64,000 bases of DNA, from positions 26,660,001-26,724,000 of the forward strand of contig OX597820.1 in the NCBI GenBank assembly GCA_951406725.2, read 5' to 3'. The notes under the pieces are model-generated. The model was not told where the DNA came from. It searched no databases and saw only the letters and a program-made list of their open reading frames with translations. Below, piece after piece: positions 26,791 to 38,939 of the stretch. The translations under genes and the position numbers were made by a program. How positions within the stretch are numbered: the stretch's first letter is position 1; each line of letters starts with the position of its first letter. The stretch is from Octopus vulgaris. Taxonomy: Eukaryota.

Positions 26791-28290
26791 CAAAATATGG
26801 CTTACCGAACTCCAACTCATTACCCTGCAACCGAAGTTCAAATCCCGTCATGGGATTTTGTTCTTTAAGGGGCTGATAAAATAAATAACTATGATGCCAT
26901 TGTAATGTTTTTTTATCATTGCATGCGTTCTGTAGGCTTCCATATGACTGGGTCTATTTATGACCGGTTACTAGTTCGAAGCAAGAGATTTGTTATTCAG
27001 TTGAGTAAAATTTCTGAACATAAAGGAATGCGTGTAACAGCGATTATATAGCATAAACCTTATACATCACGCCATAGGAAGTTATGTGTTGTAGCCGATG
27101 TAATGGACTTTACCCGTCCATTAATAAATGTGTAGCCTTGTTGTAAAGATGAGGTAGGTGGAGAGAAATCGATAGAGATTGGAGCGGGATTCACAATTTA
27201 GAGAATTCACCTCTGTTCAATTTTTAGGTCAATATTTTCTCAACCTTGAAGACGTAAAATAAATGAAAGGCCAACCTTGGGCGGAATTTGAAGACAGAAC
27301 GGAAACGAACAAGACATAAATAATGTAAAGTATTTATTTAGTCTTGTACTTCAGCTCTCCACACAACAATAATAATAACAACGATGGTGATAAGATAATA
27401 GCAACAGAAAAATAACAGAAATAATGGCAACAGTTATAACAAGGTGACAGACATCTTAGTCTACTTCTAGAGCGATTGAGAAGAGGTCATTTGATGGAAT
27501 TGTTAGAGCATCTGACAAATGTTTTGTAGCATTTGTTCCGTCTCTTTGCGTTCAGAGTTCAAATCCCACTGAAGTTAATTTTGAGTTTAATTGTTTCATG
27601 GTTTTTTAAAATAAAGCAATGCTAGGTCCTGGGTTTGGTTTTCTATCACTCTCTTTCATTCTGAATCAGTTGCAAGGAGAGACGGATACCAAGGAGTATT
27701 CATAGTATTTGTTTTTTTCTCCATGAAAACCACTTACACTCTCAGTGGAAGAATACGGTCGCCGAGGCTCTGACAAAGTATTACATGATGATTACACTAA
27801 TAAAAATCACTAAATTTAGGCTATAAATCCTTACAATGTCACAAACCATCTTAACTAAAATCTAATTTAGGAAAGGTTTTTAAAAACATTTTTGCTTGAA
27901 CCACGTATAATCTGGTCGTTAAACCGTTCATAGAGGTCCGCAGTTCATGTCTTGTCATAAACTCTGCTGTTGACTCATTACTAACTTTCAACTGCTCAGT
28001 CCACTTAACTATAAACAGTTACTACAGAGTTCATACCTGTATGTAGCAGTAGCAATACAGAACCGACAAATGCTACAGTGGGCTGAAGAACTGAGGTTGG
28101 GATCTTCCCAAGTGCTTCAGTCATAATAGAAGCGCAAAGAACACAGGCATGCAACCAATTAGTATTTTTCGACACCAACTTTCTGGATACTGATGGTCCG
28201 GATCATCAATCCGCAGTAAATTGCCCTAATCTATAATTACTTGTATTTCCTCTAATTACACTATAACAAAATCTTTATTTTTATTTATTA

Positions 28291-28654
28291 CTAGCAGTAT
28301 AGCCCGGCGGTGCTCGGGTTTGTTTTTTATTTGCGCTTAAAATGGTAGACTTTGATGTCGCGTTAACAAAGTTTTGACATAGTTTCAATCTTTTTTGAAA
28401 AGAAAAAAATTTGCATTATATAGCTTGTTATTCTCTTTAAGTGAACATTTTTCTGGTTGAAATGCACCGAAAAATGGTGACCCAGAAGTCAAAAATCGTA
28501 AAAAATAGGGATTTTCACAGAAAAAAAAGCACCTTTTTGATGTAAATAATTTTTGGTGTTAACATGGTCCTTCTTCTATCATACTCTCAATTTTGGTCAA
28601 CTTGCACTGCAGGGTCTCGGAGGAGATAGTGTTAGTTGAAGGCTACCAAACCTG

Positions 28655-28710
<56 letters not shown>

Positions 28711-28743
28711 ACACAGAGACAACTTCTGCTTTATATGTATAGA
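28291..28743 (-). mobile_element. Non-autonomous Helitron (same end type as 10552-10948)
   Basis: Reverse strand: A|TCTATACATATAAAG ... CAAACCCGAGCACCGCCGGGCTATACTGCTAG|T. Confidence 0.85.
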
Positions 28744-30325
28744 TTATTATTTTTTTGTCTTTGGTCAGTAAGATCTATTTTCTATTTGTTTCTATCTTGC
28801 AATCAAAGGAAATAACTGCTATTCCCTTCAAAGTTTGCTTTTGTGACCTGGATATCAATGTTTTGAAACTAATCTAGAGAAATTCAGCGCTGATTTGCTG
28901 AAGCAGAAATGTCGTTATGGCAAATATACCCTCAATACACAAATTTGTTTGTCAGTTGATTGACATTAACCACTTGAGCATGTCCCTTAATGGCTGACAA
29001 TATGTGCATCTCTGATCATGAGCAGGAATAGCAGGGGAACATCACAGCCATGTGTTGAGAAGGATTCATTGGGGTTTGAATAAATGTGATAAAAGCAAAG
29101 TTTGAAGGAAATATTAGCCATTTATCATATTTAGGGGTAAGCAAATAGAAAATAACAAGCGTTACCCAAGGACAAACAGCGTGTTAATATTTTGTTTAGA
29201 ATGTGCTGACCAAGGTGACAGTTTCGTTTTTCAGAAAAATCAGTTACCAGGAAAGGCTTTGAAATGTAAGTTTCCGGAAAATCGACGATGTACCTATTGT
29301 ACCATTATCATTTCAGAGCGGGGATAAATAATTAATGATAAATAATTATTTCCACGACTTATCAAAGCTATTTTCATTATATTCTGTTTGGGGACAATCT
29401 GGAAAATAAAGATTTCCAGGAGCTCATTGGAAATACTGATCAAAGATAGTGAAGGAAATAATTAAAGTTTCATGTTTTTCTTCAGAATTCTACCGAATGA
29501 CGCTTTTGTCTTCGTAGTAAATAACATTATCAATTTGTCATTTCTCAAACATCGGGACAAGGTATGTCAAATCTCCATTAGTTTTCTTATTGAACAACAT
29601 TCAAGTCTATATTCTCTGTAGGTAGTTGACAGGAATTTGTTAAATATTTAAACATATTTTCTATTCACGTCGTTCCTCTTAACGTTTGAGTCTAAGACAC
29701 GATTTAGGGTGTTCATCTTATATTCCTCAAAACAGAGTTGCTCCACTTTATTTCTCAATGTTAGTTGAATACTAGGATATAGGAAGAAACAATAGTAGTC
29801 TATGTTGTGTCACTCTTTATATGAACTTAGCGGTTCGACAAATAGAGAACTACAAAAGCGTTTTTTCTTGTTATTTTAATGTCCCAGTTTTATCGTCGTA
29901 ATTAGGGCAGAGCCCTCTCGCTTTTAGATGTGACCAGACTATTGCTCCAATCGAAGAATGACTCCCTTTGACATTGGGATGAGAGTGAAGTGGAGGTGGC
30001 TCATGCTATTATTCGGGTCCCTAAAACCCCATTTTTGTCACTAAGAAACTGAAGATAGGAGGTGGAGATTGGACTAAAAAATAGAACAGATGCAACATGA
30101 TACCTTATCTAATTCACCAACCCACTGCTTTGGGTTGATATCTACCCTTAAAGGACAAAAAACAAAGTCGACCTCGGCAAGATTTTCAAGACAATAGGAG
30201 GCGATTTCAAGGAGCTTTGGTTGCTATTTCTAGCAGGATTGAGTGACCAAAAAGGGAATATAAAATCCCTAAATCATATTTAAACTTCTACAATTTATGT
30301 AAAGATGCAAATACCATCTACTTAC

Positions 30326-30826
30326 CAGCACACAAACCGGTTTTCCTGGAGATCATATATCCCCTCATACATTCACAATTTCCTGACTTTGTACACCGTT
30401 CAAAGTTTAGCACTTTGCATCCCTCGTGGGTCTTTTCATTGCAAGTTTGTTGCGAATTAACATCGCGTTGAATAATTATTGCCGATGTAGTTGTTGCAGT
30501 ATTTATAGTCCTCGCTATCCGTAGAATATCGCTGGAGGTCAAAGGTGAAGAGATTATTCCGTTGTAGGAGAGGTTATTGAAAACCACTTGGTTGCTAAGG
30601 TTACTGTTTGTTGAAGAACCGATGAGATTAATTCCCGCTGTTTGATTAAAATAAGTTCGTCGATGAGTTTTATGCTCCAGCGCAGAAATGGTCTCATTAA
30701 CCTTGTTTAGAACAATTATATTGGAACTTTTGACGGCTCTGCCTTTGTCTGTTTGAGTATTATTGACGAAAACGGGAATAGAATTGTCCGAGGTGAAGTT
30801 TAAACTAGTAGACACGATGTCCGCTT
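30326..30826 (-). CDS. Coding exon (2nd found): Ser/Thr/Asn-rich region followed by a 6-Cys EGF-like domain
   Basis: Acceptor ttataattacag|AA, donor TG|gtaagt; 501 nt, phase 1-1; ends CNEKTHEGCKVLNFERCTKSGNCECMRGYMISRKTGLC; several N-x-S/T sequons. Confidence 0.85.
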
Positions 30827-31004
30827 CTGTAATTATAAAACAAGAATAAAACAAAGATCGATAATAAACTCCAAGTTTAATATGATAAACTTGATAATTG
30901 TTCTATAAAACGAATATGTAATATATTTAAATAATTGAGTCTATAAATAATGCAGGAAATTTGATATACATAGTAATAAAATAGACTTTATTACAACATT
31001 TCGT

Positions 31005-31166
31005 GAATAGTGGCTGTGTGGTAAGTAGATTGCTTACGAACTACATAGTTTCCGGGTTCAGTCCCACTGCGTGGCACCTTGGGCAAGCATCTTCTACTAT
31101 AGCCTCGGTTCGGGCCAACCAAAGCCTTGTGAGTGGATTTGGTAGGCGGAAACTGAAAGAAGCCTG

Positions 31167-31218
<52 letters not shown>
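31005..31218 (+). mobile_element. 5' half of a SINE family B copy, split at its internal (TA)n tract
   Basis: Head through AAACTGAAAGAAGCC then (TA)n; the 3' half resumes at about 37195. Confidence 0.85.
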
Positions 31219-31221
<3 letters not shown>

Positions 31222-31429
31222 GTGAAATAGAAAGATGAATAATCTTGTAGCAGATTAATCAAAAGTTTAACCGATACCTTGGTAGCAAAAATCACAGCAG
31301 AAGACAGCACGGTTGGAGGTACAACCATATGGTGTTGCAACCGTGCGTTGGTGCGGATAATTGAAATTAAAATATTATTGGTGAATTGAAGAAATGGAGC
31401 TGAACGAAGATTGAACAGAAATCGTTTTA

Positions 31430-31518
31430 TTTCATTCTACACGTGTTTCGAAAGGCACAATTTACCAAAATCCGATTGAATAATGAGACCATATTGTGTC
31501 TTTCTCTTCAGGAAGAAA
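31430..31518 (-). ncRNA. Type I hammerhead ribozyme in the PLE pLTR
   Basis: ttc CTGAAGA gaaagacacaat[loop]attgtgcctttc GAAA cacgt GTA gaa; palindromic stem III ACACGTGT. Confidence 0.85.
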
Positions 31519-32135
31519 TAGGAAATCCGTTGGAAAAAACAAAAACAGAACAGAGGCGGAGCAAAACAAATCGAACTAGGCTCCTAAGAGCCCATGGCAA
31601 AACTGTTTATCAGTGTATGTTGAGAACCGGTGGTTGAAGATTTTAACGGGTCAGGCAGCGGTCATTCCTGTGGGTGAGGGTGTGTAGATGTTCTTTGTGA
31701 CCGAGAATAAAGTTCTGACTATTTAAGGAATATTGGATGTTTTATAAGGGGCGAGAAAAAATCTACTTAGAGACATGTGTGTGTTTACTGTTCTATATAT
31801 GTGTGCTGGCGCAGGTTGGCAAGACCTCCGTCAAGGGGTAGAAAACATTTTTTGTGTACGTGTGTGCGTTTGATCGCTCGGCTGTCAGTGGTTAAGCCGC
31901 TCCACACAATGGCTACTGCAGTAAGAACCGTTGGGTGGCAGAAAAAATATTATGTTTTATGTGTGCGTGTGTTCGTCTGAACCTGCCTTGTCAAGGAAAC
32001 CCCCCGTCGTCAAAAAACAAAGCCCCGTTTATCTTACAGGAGTAATTCCCCTTGCAGTGGTTAATCGTAATTATCTTAAAGGCTATTTCAGAATTTGTTA
32101 CCAAGGGCTATGGGTACAGGTATTATTTATAAACG

Positions 32136-34655
32136 CTATTTAAAAGCCAGATAAGTGTAACGCCGCCAATGGGGGCATCGAAAAGCCGACTGTAAAAGTC
32201 CGTTTACCATCCGGCCTCTGGCGAACAAAATATGGAAGAGTTCGGAGACACAAAGGTTGCACTTCCTTCTGCCCCTATCAAATGGGAGGGCCACCGACAA
32301 AATTGACCATTCCAGCCTGTAGCTTGAGTTCATATCCTTCAATCGCCATATTAGCTTGCTGAGTCCCGTGGTCTGGCGTTTGTTCATGTCCCGAAAAGTT
32401 GCGTAATGATTGGAGATTCGCAAAGCCAATCTTGACGATGAGGCCCCTACATAAGTGTAGACATCTGAGTCCGTGTAAACCTTGCATTGGTAGACGGCGT
32501 TTCTGATCTTGGAGTTCGCCGACATGAATCTTATTCTGCTAGGATTAGTTTCTGAAATTAGAACTGCGTTCCTGTCACTATATTTGTTACGAGAACTGCA
32601 GCCGCTTACTACTTTATTTTCCACTACGTCACTATTAACTAACGGAATAACCCCTGATTCTCCACTATCTATCAGAGTGCTGTCATTGCTAGTGCCCGTG
32701 GTGCTGCTATTGCGGGAAATGATGCTGGGGTTGCTATTGGGGCTCTCTACCCTACTCCCATTGTTACCGTCAACCACAACACCCCTATTTATAACTATAT
32801 CCCTAGTGTGTACTCCCTGGCTGGAGCTGAGATTATGTGTCACTGTACTGGCTCTCATATCATTATTACTACTATAATTATTCCTACTGAGCATTAAACC
32901 GGGAGCGGAAGAGGCTGTGCCTCCGGAAAAAGGTGATAGGGTCTTAGTAAGTAGCCTATTATTATGGGAGGCGATTATCTGGGCGAGGTTTTTAGTGTTG
33001 GAGAAAGCTATCCTAACTTTATGCGAGTTAACCGTGGAGTAATATTTGGAATTTCTGGAGAAGTTATTGGCGATGGCTTGTCTAAACATGAGGGGGAGGT
33101 TAGTTCTAATCTGCTTACCAAAGGGAATTACAAACCATATATGCTTATTCCTATCTGTGTGATGGGTCGGGACGCCAGCTCTCGCATTCGGGTGGGTGAT
33201 TCTCGGATGAATAACGGGTTTTGGGTTAGTGTGAGATCTCCCGGACCGATAATTATCCTAGTTCGCTAAATTAAATGCGGGAGCGACTGCCCCAGCACCC
33301 GCCGCGCTCCCGTCCCTACTTAAATTGTTTATGTTATTATAGACGGCCCTATCCTGATGACCGAATGATGGCATCGGAAGGGCCGGATCAATATAAATTA
33401 CCTTCTGCCTATAACCGGCCTTGGATAGTGCGGCGTTATAAAATTCCGCTTTCTGCATAAAAATATCGGCACTGGCGGACAAGCCAGACAATCTTAGAGA
33501 GATGTTTTTAACCAAATTGTCTGTTACGGTTTTGGCATGATTTGAGAAGACACTGACATACTTCAAATTAGTGGAAGGCTTATGGTAAGGGCAGTATGAG
33601 TCGCTATTAAGGTTAAGTGTAACGTCTAGGAAATTAGCCTTGGTGAGTTCATTATCAAAAACTATACTCATGCCATTCTATTAAAAAACCTAGCTAACCT
33701 GCTCTTAGTTTTCTGCACTATTCTGTTCGTGGTGTTTTGCAGGTAAAACAGACAATCGTCACGATACAGGCCGCCCGCGATCTCCGGGAATTGGTCGGAC
33801 AATTCGTAGAGAATATATATTCCGACCAAATCGGCTATCTGCGCACTATCCGAACTACCCATAGGCACATCAAATTCATTGGGAGTATCTTTACGGATCC
33901 ACAACTTATTATCAAACTTAATAAACGATTTCCTGGCAACTAAAATGATATCTATCTCTTCTCTGGTGAGGCCAGCCTTGTTGTGAGCATGCCAAAGGGC
34001 TTATTTAGCACACTAGGGTTAATCGAGGGGTAGAAGCTGGCGATATCAAACTGAATGAACCTAGTACGGTTCTTATTGGGGATGGAAGAGAACCACTTCA
34101 CTACCTGCGAGGAGTTGGCCCAGAGGCTGAGCTTCAGCTTGTTTACTAAACTAGGGATATATTTATCTAAAATGTACTTACTGATTATCCCGATATCAGA
34201 GCTAGCAGGGCATATGAGTCTTAGCGCTGGGTTGGTGTGGAAGTTCGGTTTATGGTCCTTCACTATAAATCTGGGTTGCTTAGGGCTAAGCGGCTGAGTT
34301 CTCATTTGAATTCGGTGTTTAAATATTATTTCCTTAATTTCCAAGTTTACCTCCCTCAGGGTACTCCAATTGGTTTTTCTATAATTTTTCTTGATCTCTT
34401 TACCGAGTAAATCTAGGTACTGCTTAATGGGTAGCTTGTATGTGTTCCTGGTCTTGTCGGACTGGACCAGGACTCCGTCCGTTCTATTAATGTCCTTGGT
34501 AATTTTATCTAGGTATCTGAGGTGGGCATTTCTCCTGGGTGACTTCCTGAACTTAATCTTTCTAACTATGTCCCACAAGTCGTCCTCAAACTTCTTCAGT
34601 CTTGGGTTAGGCGGCCGTATTCGGACGATGCTGTTGTCCGGTTCGATTTTAGATC
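32136..34655 (-). pseudogene. Naiad-type PLE reverse transcriptase / GIY-YIG endonuclease ORF (2 frameshifts, 1 TAG)
   Basis: FEDDLWDIVRKIKFR, QSDKTRNTY, KDHKPNF..NPALRLI, FDIASFYPSI, FDVPMGSSDSAQIADLVG, GLYRDD, NFLDVTLNL, HIWFVIPF, AVYQCKV..YVG..RISNH, KCNLCVSE..CPH. Frameshifts near 34000 and 33672; TAG at 33258-33260. Confidence 0.92.
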
Positions 34656-35318
34656 TTTTAAATAGCGTTTAGATCTTAGCGTTTTAGATCTTTTAAATAG
34701 CGTTTATAAATAATACCTGCACCCATAGCCCTTGGTAACAAATTCTGAAATAGCCTTTAAGATAATTACGATTAACCACTGCAAGGGGAATTACTCCTGT
34801 AAGATAAACGGGGCTTTGTTTTTTGACGACGGGGGGTTTCCTTGACAAGGCAGGTTCAGACGAACACACGCACACATAAAACATAATATTTTTTTCTGCC
34901 ACCCAACGGTTCTTACTGCAGTAGCCATTGTGTGGAGCGGCTTAACCACTGACAGCCGAGCGATCAAACGCACACACGTACACAAAAAATGTTTTCTACC
35001 CCTTGACGGAGGTCTTGCCAACCTGCGCCAGCACACATATATAGAACAGTAAACACACACATGTCTCTAAGTAGATTTTTTCTCGCCCCTTATAAAACAT
35101 CCAATATTCCTTAAATAGTCAGAACTTTATTCTCGGTCACAAAGAACATCTACACACCCTCACCCACAGGAATGACCGCTGCCTGACCCGTTAAAATCTT
35201 CAACCACCGGTTCTCAACATACACTGATAAACAGTTTTGCCATGGGCTCTTAGGAGCCTAGTTCGGTTTGTTTTGCTCCGCCTCTGTTCTGTTTTTGTTT
35301 TTTCCAACGGATTTCCTA

Positions 35319-35407
35319 TTTCTTCCTGAAGAGAAAGACACAATATGGTCTCATTATTCAATCGGATTTTGGTAAATTGTGCCTTTCGAAACACGTGTAG
35401 AATGAAA
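35319..35407 (+). ncRNA. Inverted copy of the same hammerhead ribozyme
   Basis: CTGAAGA at 35326-35332, GAAA at 35388-35391, GTA at 35397-35399. Confidence 0.85.
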
Positions 35408-35432
35408 TAAAACGATTTCTGTTCAATCTTCG

Positions 35433-35472
<40 letters not shown>

Positions 35473-35544
35473 AGAGTTTACGAAAAAAAACCCAAAAGAC
35501 GAAGACAGGTGGTGTACAAAACAAACAGATGTATTAATATAATG

Positions 35545-35607
<63 letters not shown>

Positions 35608-35622
35608 ATATATATACATATT

Positions 35623-35662
<40 letters not shown>

Positions 35663-35807
35663 ATAGGATTAGCTCGTGTACGAGTAGGTATATATTTGTA
35701 AATAATGAAGTTCGAAAATGCTGCTATATTATACAATTTTTAATTTTTATATATACATTATAACATGTTTCAGTTCCTGAAATGAACCTTATCAAAAAAA
35801 GTTATAT

Positions 35808-36147
35808 ATACCAGTTCACCATTAGAACAAACTTCACCTGCGCATCAGAAAACTTAATTTACGTCATAACATGCGCAGGCTGCAATAGGCAGTATATAGG
35901 CCATACAAAAAATAGCTTACGTAACAGGATGGCGGTGCATAAATCACAAATTAGAAACCCTGATTACCGGAAAATACCGGTCAGCGGACACATAGATAGA
36001 TGTGCTGGAAATGTAAATCCGAAATTTACAACTAACCCGCTCTATAAATTCAGTGACAATGCAACCTTCACGCAACGCCAAAATAAAGAACTGTATTTCA
36101 TAAAAAAATATAGACCAAGTTTAAACACCCTGGGCCAGGAATATTAA
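35808..36147 (+). pseudogene. C-terminal GIY-YIG endonuclease domain of a PLE
   Basis: FTCASENLIYVITCAGCNRQYIGHTKNSLRNRMAVH...VSGH...QKELYFIKKYRPSLN; the annotated start ATG lies in the inverted repeat and is not the true start. Confidence 0.9.
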
Positions 36148-36334
36148 AACAAAAGATAGGTCCTCCGAAAAGGAGAAGCAAAATTCCACCACGGCCGCTA
36201 CCTTAAACAGTCACTCGCACTGACGGAAATATGCCTTAGGAAAAAAAGGGAAAAAAATTTATAAAAAGATTTCTTCGTACAAATCTAACCCTGATGGACT
36301 GACCACATACGATACAGCTAAGGGTCAGACCCGA

Positions 36335-36806
36335 TTCTGATTGGTCAACACGTTGATGACGTCTAATTCTGCTAGACTGGACAGGATACAGACAAGGGGC
36401 AGAGATTAGTCAGAATATTGATGACGTCCTTTTCTGCTTGACTAGTCACCTAACAAGATACAGACAAGGGGCAGACCTAATACAGCTATAAGTCGTGATT
36501 GGTCAGAATTTTGATGACGTTCCGTTCTGCTTGACTAAGCCACCTAACGAAACGATTGGTCAAAACAGGATACAGACAAGAGGCAGTTATAATACAGCGA
36601 TAGGTCACGATTGGTCAGAATGTTGATGACGTCCCGTTCTGCTTGACTAAGCCACCTAACGAAACGATTGGTCAAAACGTTGATGACGTCACGCTACGCT
36701 GGACTGACCATCTAACAGGTGTTATAAAACCCGAACAATTCACAAGATTCGCCAGAATCATCCAGCGAACACCCACCATTGGTCATCACAGTTGCTCAAG
36801 GTAAAA
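36335..36806 (+). promoter_or_regulatory. Putative pLTR promoter: tandem GATTGGTCA (CCAAT) + TGATGACGT (CRE-like) units, TATA box and splice donor
   Basis: Repeated GATTGGTCA..TTGATGACGT units at 36335-36692, TATAAAA at 36723, CAAG|GTAAAA at about 36800. Function is inferred. Confidence 0.5.
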
Positions 36807-37034
36807 ATGAATTCCTCGCTCTTTCAGGAACATCAATTTTTTATATTGACTGCATTCCACCACTTTGATCTATTTTTTATATATCACCACCACGAACCAC
36901 TGCATCATACACTTTAAACATATAGCATGAACGAACTCACTTCAAACTAAATATGAACTGTATGATGTCTGACTTCATTGTGTATTATAAATGAATTTCT
37001 TATATTTGATAGCATGAACTATCTTTTTTTATAT

Positions 37035-37090
37035 ATAACTTTTTTTGATAAGGTTCATTTCAGGAACTGAAACATGTTATAATGTATATA
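37035..37090 (+). ncRNA. U3-A8 variant hammerhead-like motif (inverted copy at about 35750-35805)
   Basis: TTGATAA ggttc-atttcag-gaact GAAA catgtt; palindromic AACATGTT stem III; stem I imperfect. Confidence 0.55.
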
Positions 37091-37140
37091 TAAAAATTAA
37101 AAATTGTATAATATAGCAGCATTTTCGAACTTCATTTTTT

Positions 37141-37194
<54 letters not shown>

Positions 37195-37226
<32 letters not shown>

Positions 37227-37432
37227 TTGTGTGTCTGTGTGTGTCTCACCAACATCGCTTGACAACCGATGCTGGAGTGTTTACGTCCCCGTAACTTAGC
37301 GGTTCGGCAAAAGAAACCTATAGAATAAGTACTAGGCTTACAAAGAATAAGTCCTGGGGTCGATATGCTCGACTAAAGGCGGTGCTCCAGTATGGCCGCA
37401 GCCAAATGACTGAAACAAGTAAAAGTGTAAAA
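37195..37432 (+). mobile_element. 3' half of the split SINE family B copy
   Basis: (TG)n, CCAACATCGCTTGACAACCGATGCTGG ... ATGACTGAAACAAGTAAAA; continues the 31005-31218 half. Confidence 0.85.
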
Positions 37433-38059
37433 AATGCATATGTGTGTTCGTATGGCTGTGTTTAACATTAAAGACACTCCACCTGAAATAGGCTGGTATG
37501 TTAATCTAAATATTTATGTTAAACCATAGAAGTTCTCCGACCGAATGTATTACTTGTAAAATTCTACAAAAAGCAGCGCTAGCTAACAAAAACCATCATG
37601 ACTAGATGTATAATCACAGTTTCTTTCACTATTTTTCTCTGTTTTTAAAGCTTTCCTACATAGAAAAAATAATAATCATGGTGTGTTTAGGAACTGAACT
37701 CTTGAGAAAGTTTTCACATAAATTTTATATATATACCTCGAAGCGGCATAAAATTGCATGAAGCATTTTTTTTTCATATCGCACAAAATATATGGATCGA
37801 TGGGTTTGCAGAATTAGTGAAGCGGAGGAAAATAAATGCCATGCGGTATTTAGTTGAGTCTTTATGCATTCTGTGACCAAATCTATGGTTGAATTTATAG
37901 CTGATCCTTCGGGGTTGACAAAATAATTACCAGTTAAGTACTGGATTCAACATAAACGACACCATTCGTTATCCAAAATTCGTAAATTTTGCTCATGTTA
38001 GAAATTAATTGGCACAAAATGATGGTTATTTAGTTATCGCCAAGAATCTATGAAAACGC

Positions 38060-38590
38060 GCAACAATTATATTAGTATTTATTTGCATCATAGTTCAATT
38101 GTATTTTTACGCTCTGTATTACTATAGTTTACAGCATCCACGAAAAGTAGACAGCAATTACATTAGCTTTTGTTTCTGCACATTTTAAATTCATTTTTAC
38201 CTCACAGATTAGTACAATTTTCTGACGAGTCAGAAAAAGTCCAACAATTGCATTAGAGCTTTTCTGTACATTTAATTTTATTTTCATACCACGCATTAGT
38301 ATAACTCACAGAATATTCAATGAAAAATGTGCAACAAATATATTTAGTTTTTTTTTTCTACACATTTTAATCACATTTTTACGTCACGGATTCGTACAAC
38401 TGACAGTAAAATCTCTGAAAACTCCAACTACCGTATTAGGCTTTTCTGCACATTTAATTTCATTTTTACGCTAAGCATTCGTACAGCTTACAGAAGGACC
38501 CTTAACAAAGTCCAACAATCGCATTAGTAGTCCTTTTGTGTGCATATTTAATTCCATTTTTACGTCGTGCATTAACTACAACTTACAAAC
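38060..38590 (+). repeat. Degenerate minisatellite, about 60-bp unit, about 8 copies
   Basis: Recurring AACAAT..CATTAG..TTT..CACATTT..TTCATTTTTACG..CA..ATT(A/C)GTACAA. Confidence 0.75.
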
Positions 38591-38939
38591 AGTTTTAGTC
38601 ACGGTTGAACACTATAGTTCAGTGTGTATGAAAGCTTTCTTTTCATTCTGTCTGAACAATAATCACAGATTTTAGTGCAAGGCAACACTTTTGTGTAGGA
38701 TAAGTTTAGTTGAATATATCAATCCGAAATTACTGTTACTTATTTTAGTGATTTCAGATTGTGGTAGATTCTCCATCGATCTCGACGATGAGCATTCATT
38801 TGTTCAGCCAATTCAATTCCTATTAGTCAAATTAACGCATGAGCAGTTGAGCATTCCACAGACATTTGTACTCTTAAAGTAATTCTAACAATTCTGCCAG
38901 CTCACTACCTTAGACCCATATGAATATTACAAACCATTT

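Larger units (their letters stand above)
31219..35435 (-). mobile_element. Penelope-like retroelement (Naiad-type), 5'-truncated with an inverted pLTR, inserted in (TA)n
   Basis: RT + C-terminal GIY-YIG; 31402-32146 and 34690-35435 are near-identical inverted repeats (about 3 differences seen); (TA)n on both sides. Confidence 0.92.
35657..37147 (+). mobile_element. Second, unrelated Penelope-like element (Neptune-like endonuclease), heavily 5'-truncated with an inverted 5' end, in (TA)n
   Basis: About 115-bp inverted repeats at about 35695-35809 and 37030-37147; GIY-YIG fragment and a long 3' non-coding region between them. Confidence 0.85.

Noticed and set aside
27870-28010. Possible extra minus-strand exon (VKWTEQLKVSNESTAEF...)
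   Set aside because: Weak acceptor, no good donor in a compatible phase, and not needed to keep the reading frame.
33258-33260. Selenocysteine readthrough in the Naiad-type ORF
   Set aside because: The in-frame stop is TAG, not TGA, and two frameshifts are also present; ordinary decay is more likely.
36335-36700. CRISPR-like repeat-spacer array
   Set aside because: Eukaryotic context; the intervening segments are themselves duplicated, the repeats are variable, and there are no cas genes.
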